The notes: generated by a model not told the origin, from the letters alone. 64,000 nucleotides of DNA from a virus (IMGVR_UViG_3300005683_000068:10218-74217), one strand, 5' to 3'. Numbered from the stretch's first letter, positions 26,636 through 36,172 are shown. A program made the numbers and translations.

Positions 26636-27838
26636 TTAGCCTTTTTTAGACTTAGGTTTAGCTTTCTCATCAACAATCTTACAATCATCAGGATCAACAA
26701 TGTAAGGATCAGAACGATCCTTACACATCACATGGAAGAGTCCGTTGCGAATTCGCTTGATCTTTCCTGTGTGCCATTCTCCTCTGTATTTGAACTTGAC
26801 AGTAGTTCCGACTGTGAGGTCCCCAGATTCTCCTCCAGAATCATCTTCATCTCCTTCATCATCTTCGTCCTCATCTTCTTCCTCGTCATCAGCTTCCTCG
26901 TCATCATCCTCCACTTCCTCATCATCTTCGTCCTCATCTTCTTCCTCGTCATCAGCTTCCTCGTCATCTTCATCTTTCACCTTACCTTTCTTCTTAGATT
27001 GCTTTGATTTTGCATTCGCCTTCGGCTCATCCTCATCCTCATCCTCGTCCTCTTCCTCGTCCTCGTCATCATCCTCCACTTCCTCATCCTCAGATTCCTC
27101 ATCCTCAGATTCCTGAAGGAAGATTTTTTTCAACTCGGCATAACCAAGTTCACGAATCATCTCATCCAAGTTATAAGCATCATCAATAACACCTTCTCCT
27201 AACTGGGACTTTCTTTCCTTAAATTCAATGTTTGAACAATCATAATAACTGTACCCCTTGCCAGATTCCTCAGACGCACCAACACGCAATGACAATCCTT
27301 TTTCAGGATCATGGAAATTGTCATATCGTTCTTGATCCTCATCATCAGCCTCGTTAATCTTCTTAGACAAGTGCCTGCCGAACAAATGGTAGCTCTCATC
27401 CCAAACCTGAACCACCCCAGCATTATCTCCATCAAGAGGTATTACATTGAACAACTGCCGCTTCTTAGGTGCAAGGCTCTGCAACAAATCTTCGTCCACT
27501 TCTGGATCACGGGCCAGCTTTGCACGGTGCTCACAAATAGGACATTTCTTACCACTGTTTTTTGACGGGCAAACATAGCTCTCGTTGTTAGCACCTACTC
27601 CACGATGAACATAAAACGTACGCTCAAAATGCAAGACTCCTGGATCGGCATTCGGATTGCCTTTCTGAGTCACTTCATACGGAATGACATTCAAACGATA
27701 CACACCCTCCTTCTTTGGTTTGAAAAAGGTACAACCTTCTGGCACGTTAAGGCTGGTTCGTTCAAATGAACCACTCTTTTTCGCAGTCTCACGGGCACTA
27801 CTCAACCGACGCTCACGCTTTGCTTTCTTAGTAGCCAT
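26636..27838 (-). CDS. ssb: Single-stranded DNA-binding protein (gp32-like) with long acidic linker and C-terminal SH3/Tudor-like domain
   Basis: 'FFKPK..G..RLNVIPY...H', 'CP...CPIC', 'LFNVI', then a ~100 aa D/E tract. Confidence 0.75.
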   Translation of the reverse strand: MATKKAKRERRLSSARETAKKSGSFERTSLNVPEGCTFFKPKKEGVYRLNVIPYEVTQKGNPNADPGVLHFERTFYVHRGVGANNESYVCPSKNSGKKCPICEHRAKLARDPEVDEDLLQSLAPKKRQLFNVIPLDGDNAGVVQVWDESYHLFGRHLSKKINEADDEDQERYDNFHDPEKGLSLRVGASEESGKGYSYYDCSNIEFKERKSQLGEGVIDDAYNLDEMIRELGYAELKKIFLQESEDEESEDEEVEDDDEDEEEDEDEDEDEPKANAKSKQSKKKGKVKDEDDEEADDEEEDEDEDDEEVEDDDEEADDEEEDEDEDDEGDEDDSGGESGDLTVGTTVKFKYRGEWHTGKIKRIRNGLFHVMCKDRSDPYIVDPDDCKIVDEKAKPKSKKG

Positions 27839-27981
27839 TTCCATCCTCACTTTCATTGGAATTCCGATCACGCTCAAACAACTCGCCTGCTTGCAGATAG
27901 GCGTACCTACCTAGCTTCACACAAAAGAACACTAACACTGGAAGCAACAAAAACCCCAGCAGACCCACTCCAATTAGCAAT

Positions 27982-28491
27982 TCAATCATTTGAATTCTCC
28001 TTTGAGTGGCGTTTTCGCTGTCCCCGCTTCATTGTCATCCGATCTTTGGCCTCAGTCATAGCTTCACGATCTTCCTCCTTTCTTGCTCTGGGTTCGGCAA
28101 AATAACTCTGACCATGTAAGTCAACAAGATTCTCCAAAGCACGTTTTCGATGATCTAAAGCATTTACAAATGCCTGAAGTACATCTACCTTATGCTTGGC
28201 GTCAATCAATGCATTGTTAGCAACCTGATACCGTTTGAGAGTTGGAATACAATTCTTGATTGCATTCTCAGTCACCTTCTCCCCTATATCATGCCCCTCT
28301 GGATCGGCCCGAATGTCAGCATCGAGTTCCGCTACAGTAAGTTCCAATTCGCTCTTTGACAAGTCGAGATCACGTCTGGCATCGGCCAGCTTCGCAGCAT
28401 ACTCCAAATAAAGTTTGGGTTGGTTTACCCATTCTTCATCCAACCTAAGTTGATTGATTTCCAAAACGGATTCATCGCGTTTCATAAACAC
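27982..28491 (-). CDS. UvsY-like recombination mediator
   Basis: 'LDEEW..QP.LY..YA...ALDHRKRALENLV.L' helical family; adjacent to ssb and recA. Confidence 0.65.
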   Translation of the reverse strand: MFMKRDESVLEINQLRLDEEWVNQPKLYLEYAAKLADARRDLDLSKSELELTVAELDADIRADPEGHDIGEKVTENAIKNCIPTLKRYQVANNALIDAKHKVDVLQAFVNALDHRKRALENLVDLHGQSYFAEPRARKEEDREAMTEAKDRMTMKRGQRKRHSKENSND

Positions 28492-28523
28492 ACTCCTCCC
28501 ATATACTTAATATCGTAACACAA

Positions 28524-29450
28524 TCACTTCTTATTTGAATAAATTTCATAACATGACAAGATCAATCCGGGTCGCCCACAATCATAAAAATGATCCCTCA
28601 TTACTTGTCCAATGAAATATGCTCTGGCTGCTAGTTTGCCTCCACCAAGCACCACAGAGGACATATAGCCTAGCAGCATACGACGGATTTGCTCTGGTTC
28701 ATCATCTATAATTCTTAGCAAGTTCGCTATCACTGCCCATTTAGATTGTGGATTCAACATTGCCCGTGCCAAGTCGATCATAGGTTTCTTTGATCCACCA
28801 GCATGAACTACCTCTAACTGCTCATCCTCTGTCTCCAACAAAGACACCTGATTCAGAAACACAAGTGCCTTGCGTGCTGAGCCTGCCGCTGCTTCCACAA
28901 TGGCATCTCGTACCGTCTCCAGGATTTTGATCTTCTCTTTCTGGCACACTTCTTGGAGTAACTGCTCCATGTGCTTTGGAGGTAATGCCTTTACCCGCAC
29001 TTCATTACAACGGTTGACTACGGTTTCCTTCAACTTACCTGGATTGGTTGTGGCCAGCATGAAATACACATGACTAGGCGTATCCTCGAGCATCTTCAAC
29101 AGAGCATCTTGAGCATCCCCAGTCAACTGGTGTGCTTCATCTATCAACCAAATACGGCACAGTCCATTCATTGGAGATAGTTTCATCCTGCTCCGTATGT
29201 CCCGCACCGTGTTAATTCCATTGAAGTCAGCACAGTTGACCTCAAAGAAATCAGAATCCCCACATGACAATTTATGCTGAAGAATTCTGGCTAGAGTTGT
29301 CTTGCCACAACCAGATGGGCCGGTAAACAACAACGCATGAGGGAATCGTTCTTTGTTCTTCAATAGCTTTTGGAGTGATGCTACAGCAGCATCTTGTCCA
29401 ACCACTTGCTTAAATAATTTGGGTCGGTACTTAAGATAAAACTCAGACAT
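28524..29450 (-). CDS. dnaX: Clamp loader ATPase (DnaX/RFC-like)
   Basis: 'LKYRPKLF..VVGQ', 'GPSGCGKTT', 'IDEAH', 'ALLKMLED'. Confidence 0.88.
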   Translation of the reverse strand: MSEFYLKYRPKLFKQVVGQDAAVASLQKLLKNKERFPHALLFTGPSGCGKTTLARILQHKLSCGDSDFFEVNCADFNGINTVRDIRSRMKLSPMNGLCRIWLIDEAHQLTGDAQDALLKMLEDTPSHVYFMLATTNPGKLKETVVNRCNEVRVKALPPKHMEQLLQEVCQKEKIKILETVRDAIVEAAAGSARKALVFLNQVSLLETEDEQLEVVHAGGSKKPMIDLARAMLNPQSKWAVIANLLRIIDDEPEQIRRMLLGYMSSVVLGGGKLAARAYFIGQVMRDHFYDCGRPGLILSCYEIYSNKK

Positions 29451-30826
29451 TATTTTGGGAACTCCACTTGTTTCTTGTCATACCAAGAACCACCTTCTGG
29501 ACAAACCTCGGCCTCAATCTCTAGTGGTACTATGATCCATTTCCATAGTTTAGGAACCACTACTGTTGTCACCTCCTTTACCAAGGACAAGTATTCATTT
29601 AGCTCATCTACTCTTACATCAGCCAAAATACTGTCATGGATTTGTCCAATCACCTTACTCCGCATCCTCAACTTTCGCATTCGTCTGAGCAGTATAATTA
29701 GACTCTTAAGCAACAAATGAAAGGATGATCCTTGATTGGCCATGTTGATTACTTGATTGCGTCGCATGATGCCACGCAACACAAATCCAGTAAGTGTTTT
29801 TACATAACCACATTCCAAATAGTTACTCCACACATCTCTACGCCACTTAGCATACACATGAAACTTGTTCCAGAATCGTTCCTCCACTTCTTTAATGTGT
29901 CGCTCGAATGTTCCCTTCTTTGGTATTTTATTAGGATCAAGATCACCTAATTCTTTAATGCCCCTCTTTGCTAAAACATCACCAATTGGAACACCATCAT
30001 TTGTTTGCAGTCCCATATCTAATATCGCTTGCCACAACTCCGCAGCACAATCAACATAGTAACTACCATAGAACTCTGGGAACACAAACTTATTCTTCGC
30101 ACAATATCTAGTATGTTTGTTTACCTGATCTACTGGCAAGCAATAGCACTCAGAAGCCATGTCACGATGCATATCCTTGGTTGGATCCTTGATATAATCT
30201 ATCAACACCGGGTCTTTGCAATAGCAAGCTATACCACGTACCTCAATACCACCAAAGTCGTTTTCAACTAGAACACTGTTCTTTCTAGCTATCACGCAAG
30301 TTCTAATCGGCTTGCCCATCACAGGATCACGGACTGGGATGTTCTGCCAGTTAGGCAGCTCGCCACTAGAGCGATAGCTCGACACTGTGTTCAGATTAAA
30401 CACTGGATGCAAAAAACCATTCGCATCTACTTCACGGCGAATGTTCTCAAGGTACGTTCCACGCATCTTTTGCTTCTTGGCCAGCAAGAAGTAGGTTTTT
30501 ACAAACGAATGATCCACATGATTAAAGGCTTCTTCATCATTGTTTCCTTTAGTACGGTCGAATCCAAGTACATCAAACACAATCGCTCCAAGCTGCCTGC
30601 GATTGCCCAAAACAGCCTTCTGTCCAAAACGCTTAGTCCATAGCTTCCATACTTTGTCATTGCGGAGTTCCTGTTCCAGTGTAAGGATTTCATTTTCAAC
30701 ATCCTTAATCGCTTTGTTGAGATACTTGGTATCTATCCTAATACCATTAGCCTCAATCTCTGCAAAAGCGATACTGCCTTCTCGCAGCAGATCATAGGCT
30801 TCTGGTGTCGCTGGAATCATTTTCAT
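29450..30826 (-). CDS. polA: Family A DNA polymerase, polymerase domain only
   Basis: 'YRSSGELPNWQNIP', motif A 'DFGGIEVR', motif B 'RYCAKNKFVFPEFYG', motif C 'QIHDSI'. Confidence 0.92.
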   Translation of the reverse strand: MKMIPATPEAYDLLREGSIAFAEIEANGIRIDTKYLNKAIKDVENEILTLEQELRNDKVWKLWTKRFGQKAVLGNRRQLGAIVFDVLGFDRTKGNNDEEAFNHVDHSFVKTYFLLAKKQKMRGTYLENIRREVDANGFLHPVFNLNTVSSYRSSGELPNWQNIPVRDPVMGKPIRTCVIARKNSVLVENDFGGIEVRGIACYCKDPVLIDYIKDPTKDMHRDMASECYCLPVDQVNKHTRYCAKNKFVFPEFYGSYYVDCAAELWQAILDMGLQTNDGVPIGDVLAKRGIKELGDLDPNKIPKKGTFERHIKEVEERFWNKFHVYAKWRRDVWSNYLECGYVKTLTGFVLRGIMRRNQVINMANQGSSFHLLLKSLIILLRRMRKLRMRSKVIGQIHDSILADVRVDELNEYLSLVKEVTTVVVPKLWKWIIVPLEIEAEVCPEGGSWYDKKQVEFPK

Positions 30827-30847
30827 CGTAATTGAAATCCTGGATTC

Positions 30848-32059
30848 TTATTGATCTTGATTGCCCGTCGCTTTATAGAACACCTTTTGCTTCTGATAAA
30901 GTTTGTACTCTAGCAATGAGTCAAGTCCATTGTAGAGTAGAAGTTCTTTCATATCACATTTATCAATGGTGTTTACTTTGGTGTTTCCTTTCGCTTTCAA
31001 GTAAGGTTTTATGTGTTGATCGTAGCTCTCGAATCCCAATCTCACAAACGATTGAAACTTCAGTCCAGTAATATCAGGTCTGTTATCTTCAATATGAGCA
31101 GCCAGTATAGTATCCCAATGCCAATTCCTTACTGGATGTCCAAGCACAGCCCTGGTCCAGCGTTCTTCAAACTTGAGATTGCTGGCTATTTTATTTAGTG
31201 GCCCACGCAGTAACTCACTCATTTGTTGGATCACCTCACCACGCCAAGGAAACGCCATTGTGTGCTTCCCATCAAAACACACTGAGCATGATACGATCCT
31301 CGCATAAAGATCATCTGGTTTGAGGCAATTGGTTTCATAGTCGAAGGCTAGATCAACCGCCCCTTTAGACCATTCCAGCAACAACCTAGCGGCATGGTTG
31401 GGATCGTACTCAATATGTACCTTCGATTTCCAATCAGGTACTTTCTTCCAAGGACGACCGGATAGCTTAAAAGCCTCCTTGAGATGATGAGTCATATACA
31501 TCTCAGTCATGGGGTCCTTGCCACGTAGCAAGAACGCTGGATGATATGTAGGACAGATCCAAGCGTTGGGTTTCTGACAAGGGATTTGCCAACCTACCCA
31601 TCTACCTATAGCTCCTATGTCCTCCTTCCATATACCACCAATCAAAGATTTTACCGCTGTGCCTCCAAGCGGGATAATTATCTCCGGTTGAAGTTCTTGG
31701 ATGGTGTTGAACAAATTGGGCCGGCAGTATTGGATCTCCTTGTCATCTGGAGTTCTGTTATCTTCTGGACGGCAAATAATAGCATTGGTTAGCCAACAAT
31801 CCCGCCTCATATTCACACCAAACCTAAGCAGCAAATCCATCAGGTATTGACCTGAGTTGCCCACCAATTGCTTACCTTGCTCATCTTCATTTTTACCAGG
31901 AGCCTCTGCAACAATCAAAACCCTGCGTTCTCCTTTCCCTGTTGGTTTCATCTTAGGAGATATGCAATGTTTGTAGAGACCGCACTTCCCACACAAAGGA
32001 GTTTTTGGCATCTCCTCTTCTTTGACCATATAACGTGATGAGAAAAAACCTTGCCTCAT
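30848..32059 (-). CDS. Family-4 uracil-DNA glycosylase fused to a 3'-5' exonuclease domain (separate N-terminal part of the polymerase)
   Basis: Fe-S 'CGKCGLYKHC', 'AEAPGKNED', 'TYHPA'; exonuclease motifs 'FDYETN', 'NLKFE', 'WDT', 'YNGLDS'. Confidence 0.88.
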   Translation of the reverse strand: MRQGFFSSRYMVKEEEMPKTPLCGKCGLYKHCISPKMKPTGKGERRVLIVAEAPGKNEDEQGKQLVGNSGQYLMDLLLRFGVNMRRDCWLTNAIICRPEDNRTPDDKEIQYCRPNLFNTIQELQPEIIIPLGGTAVKSLIGGIWKEDIGAIGRWVGWQIPCQKPNAWICPTYHPAFLLRGKDPMTEMYMTHHLKEAFKLSGRPWKKVPDWKSKVHIEYDPNHAARLLLEWSKGAVDLAFDYETNCLKPDDLYARIVSCSVCFDGKHTMAFPWRGEVIQQMSELLRGPLNKIASNLKFEERWTRAVLGHPVRNWHWDTILAAHIEDNRPDITGLKFQSFVRLGFESYDQHIKPYLKAKGNTKVNTIDKCDMKELLLYNGLDSLLEYKLYQKQKVFYKATGNQDQ

Positions 32060-32499
32060 CCCAACCATTTGATAAGCTCCTGTTCACTCACCATGAAACA
32101 ATCGCTGGCTGTCTGATCAAATCGAAGAATATAAACCCAACCAGACGCATCAACCCCTTTTATCTTAATGTTATTAGGACCCCACTCCATGCCACAAATC
32201 ACAGCAGAACAATCATCACAGACTTCATTTGAAACCCTGACAATTTGCCCTATGCTAAATTTAGCTGCTGGAGGTTTTGGTATTCGTTTTAGCCATTCTG
32301 GCATCCTTCCTTCATTCGCTTTGAATGCCTTGATACTATCCAACAATTCCTTTTGCTCTCGTTTTGTTACTACAGTTTCATCTAATTCCTTCGCTCTCCT
32401 TCCACCAAGCATAGCCTTCCTTGTTAAAACATCCATAGAGATTTCTGACACGTCTTTACTCTTCTTCACTGGTTCCTTTTTCTTCTTGATCATTGTCAT
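32056..32499 (-). CDS. Hypothetical protein with C-terminal SH3-like domain
   Basis: 'AKFSIGQIVRV...GWVYIL'. Confidence 0.55.
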   Translation of the reverse strand: MTMIKKKKEPVKKSKDVSEISMDVLTRKAMLGGRRAKELDETVVTKREQKELLDSIKAFKANEGRMPEWLKRIPKPPAAKFSIGQIVRVSNEVCDDCSAVICGMEWGPNNIKIKGVDASGWVYILRFDQTASDCFMVSEQELIKWLG

Positions 32500-33508
32500 T
32501 CTCCTTAGGGGTTTTTTCAAGACAAGCAATGTAAGTATAGTTTCCGCCATTCACCTTCAAACGATCCTTGGTAATCTCACACTCATGGTATCTTTTACAT
32601 AGCTCACTAAGTAGCTTTGGCGATACCATGAACGACAGCGGTTCCCCTTTGTAGGCAAGTTTTTTAGATTCGCTGTACCAGCCTGACACACCGATGCCTT
32701 TGATCCGTAGCTTGCCAGGACGTAACTCTACTAACACTTGATTGGTTTCAGTGTTCTCAGAACTAAACACCTCTGCTTTCTCGGCTGCATCAGACAAACC
32801 TTTAGGCAGCACAGTAGAAGTGCCTTTTACCTTGAGCAGTTCAGTAAGATCAGGATACTGCTCAATATACTTGCGACAAGACACAATCAAACCTGTCTTG
32901 TTCTTGAAGTGAATCCAAGATTCCGTCACACTAAACTCCTTCAAATCGAGCACAGTCAGGCATTTTATAGCATAACTTCTCACCAAAATAGCTTCACTAA
33001 CACCAACAACCATCTTGTATCTGCTCAATTGGAAGTTATCACAAGCCTCAATCCACTTTGGACTGATATTCACACAAGTTGCCCAAAACTGAGACTCGTC
33101 CTTACCAGCACATTCATGAACTAAGGACACAGCCTCAGTAAAACCTTCTGGAACCGGCTGCCAGTTTTTTGGCTTGTCCACATTCTTAAGAGGCAGCAGA
33201 ACATCCTTATCCATCCTAATCCCTGCTTGCCGACGTTTACCTACAATCACAAGCTCTGATTCATTGGGTATTAGCTCGATGCTTTCCTCAGCCAGTTTCT
33301 GCAAGATAGAAACCAATGGCTTTGCCTGTACAACACCAGTAAACTTCAGATTGGTTTTCTGACGGCACGACACCTCATCATTGTAAGTGATTAGATTTCC
33401 TTCCTGAAACACAAAACAACTTGATTGTTCTATCACCTCACGGGAAGACAATCCCGGAGCAACAGCATCAAGTTGTTCCAACAGTTCTTGTCTATTAACT
33501 ACAATCAT
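32456..33508 (-). CDS. dnaN: DNA sliding clamp, beta-clamp (DnaN)-like
   Basis: 350 aa; 'VNRQELL..L..V' start, three repeated alpha/beta domains, 'YPDL..LL'; near the DnaX-like loader. Confidence 0.65.
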   Translation of the reverse strand: MIVVNRQELLEQLDAVAPGLSSREVIEQSSCFVFQEGNLITYNDEVSCRQKTNLKFTGVVQAKPLVSILQKLAEESIELIPNESELVIVGKRRQAGIRMDKDVLLPLKNVDKPKNWQPVPEGFTEAVSLVHECAGKDESQFWATCVNISPKWIEACDNFQLSRYKMVVGVSEAILVRSYAIKCLTVLDLKEFSVTESWIHFKNKTGLIVSCRKYIEQYPDLTELLKVKGTSTVLPKGLSDAAEKAEVFSSENTETNQVLVELRPGKLRIKGIGVSGWYSESKKLAYKGEPLSFMVSPKLLSELCKRYHECEITKDRLKVNGGNYTYIACLEKTPKENDNDQEEKGTSEEE

Positions 33509-34440
33509 TCTTGATCCTTCCTAAAAACAAGGACGTTTTGATGACTACGAACAAGCTTCTTGTTCCCTCTATCAAAAATAGAACTAGTTCTCAAACAAGC
33601 TGTTCCAACAGGGGTACAATACACGGCATCTGTATGATACACACAACCAGCTTCCTCAAAAGCACGAATGCTATCACCTACAAAGTCACGACACTTCTTA
33701 AACTTCCTATCATAAAAGGGGGCTACTACCCAAACAGCAAAGCCGCCCGGCTTCAATCGTCTCACAACCCGTTTAACAATAGCACGATGCACCACTTCAA
33801 ATTCTTCATATACCAATCTGGATATATCTCCATCCAATTTGGAATACACCTCTATGTTCCCATAAGGAGGGCATGAGAACAACAAATCACACTCTGGAGC
33901 CTTCTTTGATGCCTTAAGGCTGTCACCAACTACCCATTCTGGCCTTGGAACGTCCAACTTAGGACAAGGGCCGTTCTCCCAATTAGCCTCATTGGCTTTT
34001 ATTTGATCTGGGCGAATATCAATGCCGTAGTAATTGAGATCCATCATGGATGCCACAATACCACGGACACTACCACCACAGAAAGGATCAAACACCATCC
34101 CTCCCTTCTCTGGCCCCCACCACCTATAGATGAGTTCACACAAGACTGGATCAAACACTGACACAAAGGAAATAGCAGTACGCCCATACTTCTCATTGAA
34201 GAAGTTATGAGTACGATCGTAGATGCGAGATTCCTTTGTATCACCACGTCCCTCATCACTCTTGATGTTAAGCCACTTCAACCAGCGGCGTTTGCATACA
34301 ATCCAATCATAGTCCCTACCATTCAGAACAGAAAATGGCGGAACTCCATACCTCCCAACTAAAGCACCTCTAGCCGGAGGTACATATTCTGTGACCAGTC
34401 CCTTGCGAACTGTTTGTAGGTCCTTGTTCTTGCTTCGCAT
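33505..34440 (-). CDS. DNA amino-methyltransferase-like protein
   Basis: SAM motif 'VFDPFCGGSVRG', 'GIDIR', catalytic 'SCPPY'. Confidence 0.85.
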   Translation of the reverse strand: MRSKNKDLQTVRKGLVTEYVPPARGALVGRYGVPPFSVLNGRDYDWIVCKRRWLKWLNIKSDEGRGDTKESRIYDRTHNFFNEKYGRTAISFVSVFDPVLCELIYRWWGPEKGGMVFDPFCGGSVRGIVASMMDLNYYGIDIRPDQIKANEANWENGPCPKLDVPRPEWVVGDSLKASKKAPECDLLFSCPPYGNIEVYSKLDGDISRLVYEEFEVVHRAIVKRVVRRLKPGGFAVWVVAPFYDRKFKKCRDFVGDSIRAFEEAGCVYHTDAVYCTPVGTACLRTSSIFDRGNKKLVRSHQNVLVFRKDQE

Positions 34441-34456
34441 GGTATTCCCCTATACC

Positions 34457-35239
34457 TTAATATCGTTTCCACTCACCACGACACCCAGTCACCCACAAAC
34501 AATCCCCGTCCTTTACAAAAGGCATGGCTTTCGCTGCATAAAACGGATCAAGAATATCACCATCAGGGAGCCTGATGTCTAACATGGGCTTCTCGTAAGG
34601 AATCCTCAACTTTACAAATTCAAGTCTTGGAACCTCCTTAACATACTTGAGTGCTGTCTCTATGATCTTCTCTTTACTTGCCAAGCTCGAAACAGCAACA
34701 GCAATCACCTTAACATCACTACCAGCCAATCCAACCAAAACACCAGCGGCCACCAATCCCGATCCAGTTGGGACTATCACTCTGCGAATATCACTTGGCA
34801 GATTGTTTGTTTGTACTGCGGTATCCAACACAGCTAGTTTTGGATTCCATCTAACACAACCCCCAAGTCCCCGAGCAAATTCTTTTGCTCTAGAACGATA
34901 TACAGAAGGATATCCAGGGCGAACTTCATGAACCTCGGCCCCCATATCAATGGCCCATTGGGTTGATCTGGTACGCTTAGCACGAGCAGGAACAAAAACA
35001 ATACCCCTCGTGTTGCATCGCTTAGCAGCATCAGCCACATATACTTGTTGTGCTGAAGATGCTGAACAACCAACCACCATCGGTGTTCCTTTTGGACAGT
35101 CTTTTGCCATTGCAAGATACTGTCTCACCTTTGAACCGCTAGGCATATCAGCTGAGATGAAACATGCCTTGTCATCTCTCTTGGCATACCATCCATCAAA
35201 AACATCAACTCTGGTCAGCACATCAACCTTAGGTTTCAT
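34457..35239 (-). CDS. PLP-dependent fold-type II enzyme (ACC deaminase / cysteine synthase-like)
   Basis: 'KRDD', 'SGSKVR' Schiff-base Lys, 'VPTGSGLVAAG' phosphate loop, 'LDPFYAAK'. Confidence 0.85.
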   Translation of the reverse strand: MKPKVDVLTRVDVFDGWYAKRDDKACFISADMPSGSKVRQYLAMAKDCPKGTPMVVGCSASSAQQVYVADAAKRCNTRGIVFVPARAKRTRSTQWAIDMGAEVHEVRPGYPSVYRSRAKEFARGLGGCVRWNPKLAVLDTAVQTNNLPSDIRRVIVPTGSGLVAAGVLVGLAGSDVKVIAVAVSSLASKEKIIETALKYVKEVPRLEFVKLRIPYEKPMLDIRLPDGDILDPFYAAKAMPFVKDGDCLWVTGCRGEWKRY

Positions 35240-35314
35240 TGAAAGTTCTCCGAACGAAAAAACCCCCATAAGGATTTCTTATGGGGGTCTAAGAGGCACA
35301 ATCATAACCGAAAA

Positions 35315-36082
35315 CTAGGCTTTCAACAAGTAGCCTCCGTCCTTGGCCTTCTTCACATGTCCAGCCTCGATCAACTTGTTCATGTGATTGTAACAAGTGG
35401 TTTCCAAACCAGCCTTCTTGAGGATGTCCGTCATCTTGAAGGATTTGCCTTTGGAGCCCAACTTGACAACTGCCACATTGATAGCAGCCGCATTGGTCCC
35501 CTCACGAGCACCGAACTCATCACGCTCCACACTGCTCTCCTTCTTTGCCTTGGCTGGCTTCTTCTTAGATGCCTTGGCCGGCTTCTCATCCTCTTCTTCG
35601 TCTTCGTCCTCGTCCTTGGCCTTCTTGGATGCCTTGGCTGGCTTCTTCTTCTTGGCCGGCTTCTCATCCTCTTCTTCGTCTTCGTCAGCCTCGGCTTCCT
35701 CCTCTTCATCCTCCTCTTCGTCCTCGTCCTCGTCCTCATCCTCCTCTTCGTCCTCGTCCTCATCTTCGTCTTCGTCCTCATCTTCTGCCTTGGGCTTGCC
35801 CTTGCTCTTGGCAGCGGCCTTCTTAGCCTTCTTGGCTGGCTTCTCCTCTTCCTCTTCGTCATCCACTTCAATTTCCAATTCGTCAAGCAAGGACGGTGTC
35901 TTGGCCAGCTTACTCAGTAGTTTCTTGGCCTCCTCGTCTTCGATCTCGCTGATGGTCTCCTCGTCGATCTTGGGCAGGACAGCCTTCAGCTTGGCGATGC
36001 ACCGCTCAGCCGTCATCTTCTCAGCGTCCTTGTAGCCGAGTTCGGTCAGGACGGACACAACCACGTTCTTCGCAGTCTTCAT
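35315..36082 (-). CDS. Acidic/Lys-Ala-rich histone-like protein with C-terminal winged helix
   Basis: D/E tracts alternating with KPAKK repeats; GC-rich codons; dedicated upstream promoter. Confidence 0.7.
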   Translation of the reverse strand: MKTAKNVVVSVLTELGYKDAEKMTAERCIAKLKAVLPKIDEETISEIEDEEAKKLLSKLAKTPSLLDELEIEVDDEEEEEKPAKKAKKAAAKSKGKPKAEDEDEDEDEDEDEEEDEDEDEDEEEDEEEEAEADEDEEEDEKPAKKKKPAKASKKAKDEDEDEEEDEKPAKASKKKPAKAKKESSVERDEFGAREGTNAAAINVAVVKLGSKGKSFKMTDILKKAGLETTCYNHMNKLIEAGHVKKAKDGGYLLKA

Positions 36083-36143
36083 AACAAACTCCTCACAAAA
36101 CAAAAGGAACAAAACTTGCGGATAACACATCCGCTAAGTGACT

Positions 36144-36172
36144 AACTTAATATCGTTCTAGAACTTTGTCAA
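36144..36172 (-). promoter_or_regulatory. Sigma70-type promoter with palindromic operator GTTCTAGAAC in the spacer
   Basis: TTGACA (36172-36167), 17 bp, TAAGTT (36149-36144); palindrome at 36155-36164. Confidence 0.6.

Noticed and set aside
26728-27189. Ser-rich, Met/Lys-rich and Pro/His-rich alternative ORFs over the ssb acidic tract
   Set aside because: Shadows of GAR/GAY codon runs in other frames and strands; no RBS support.
35357-36035. Several long plus-strand and alternate-frame ORFs
   Set aside because: Shadows of the low-complexity histone-like gene.
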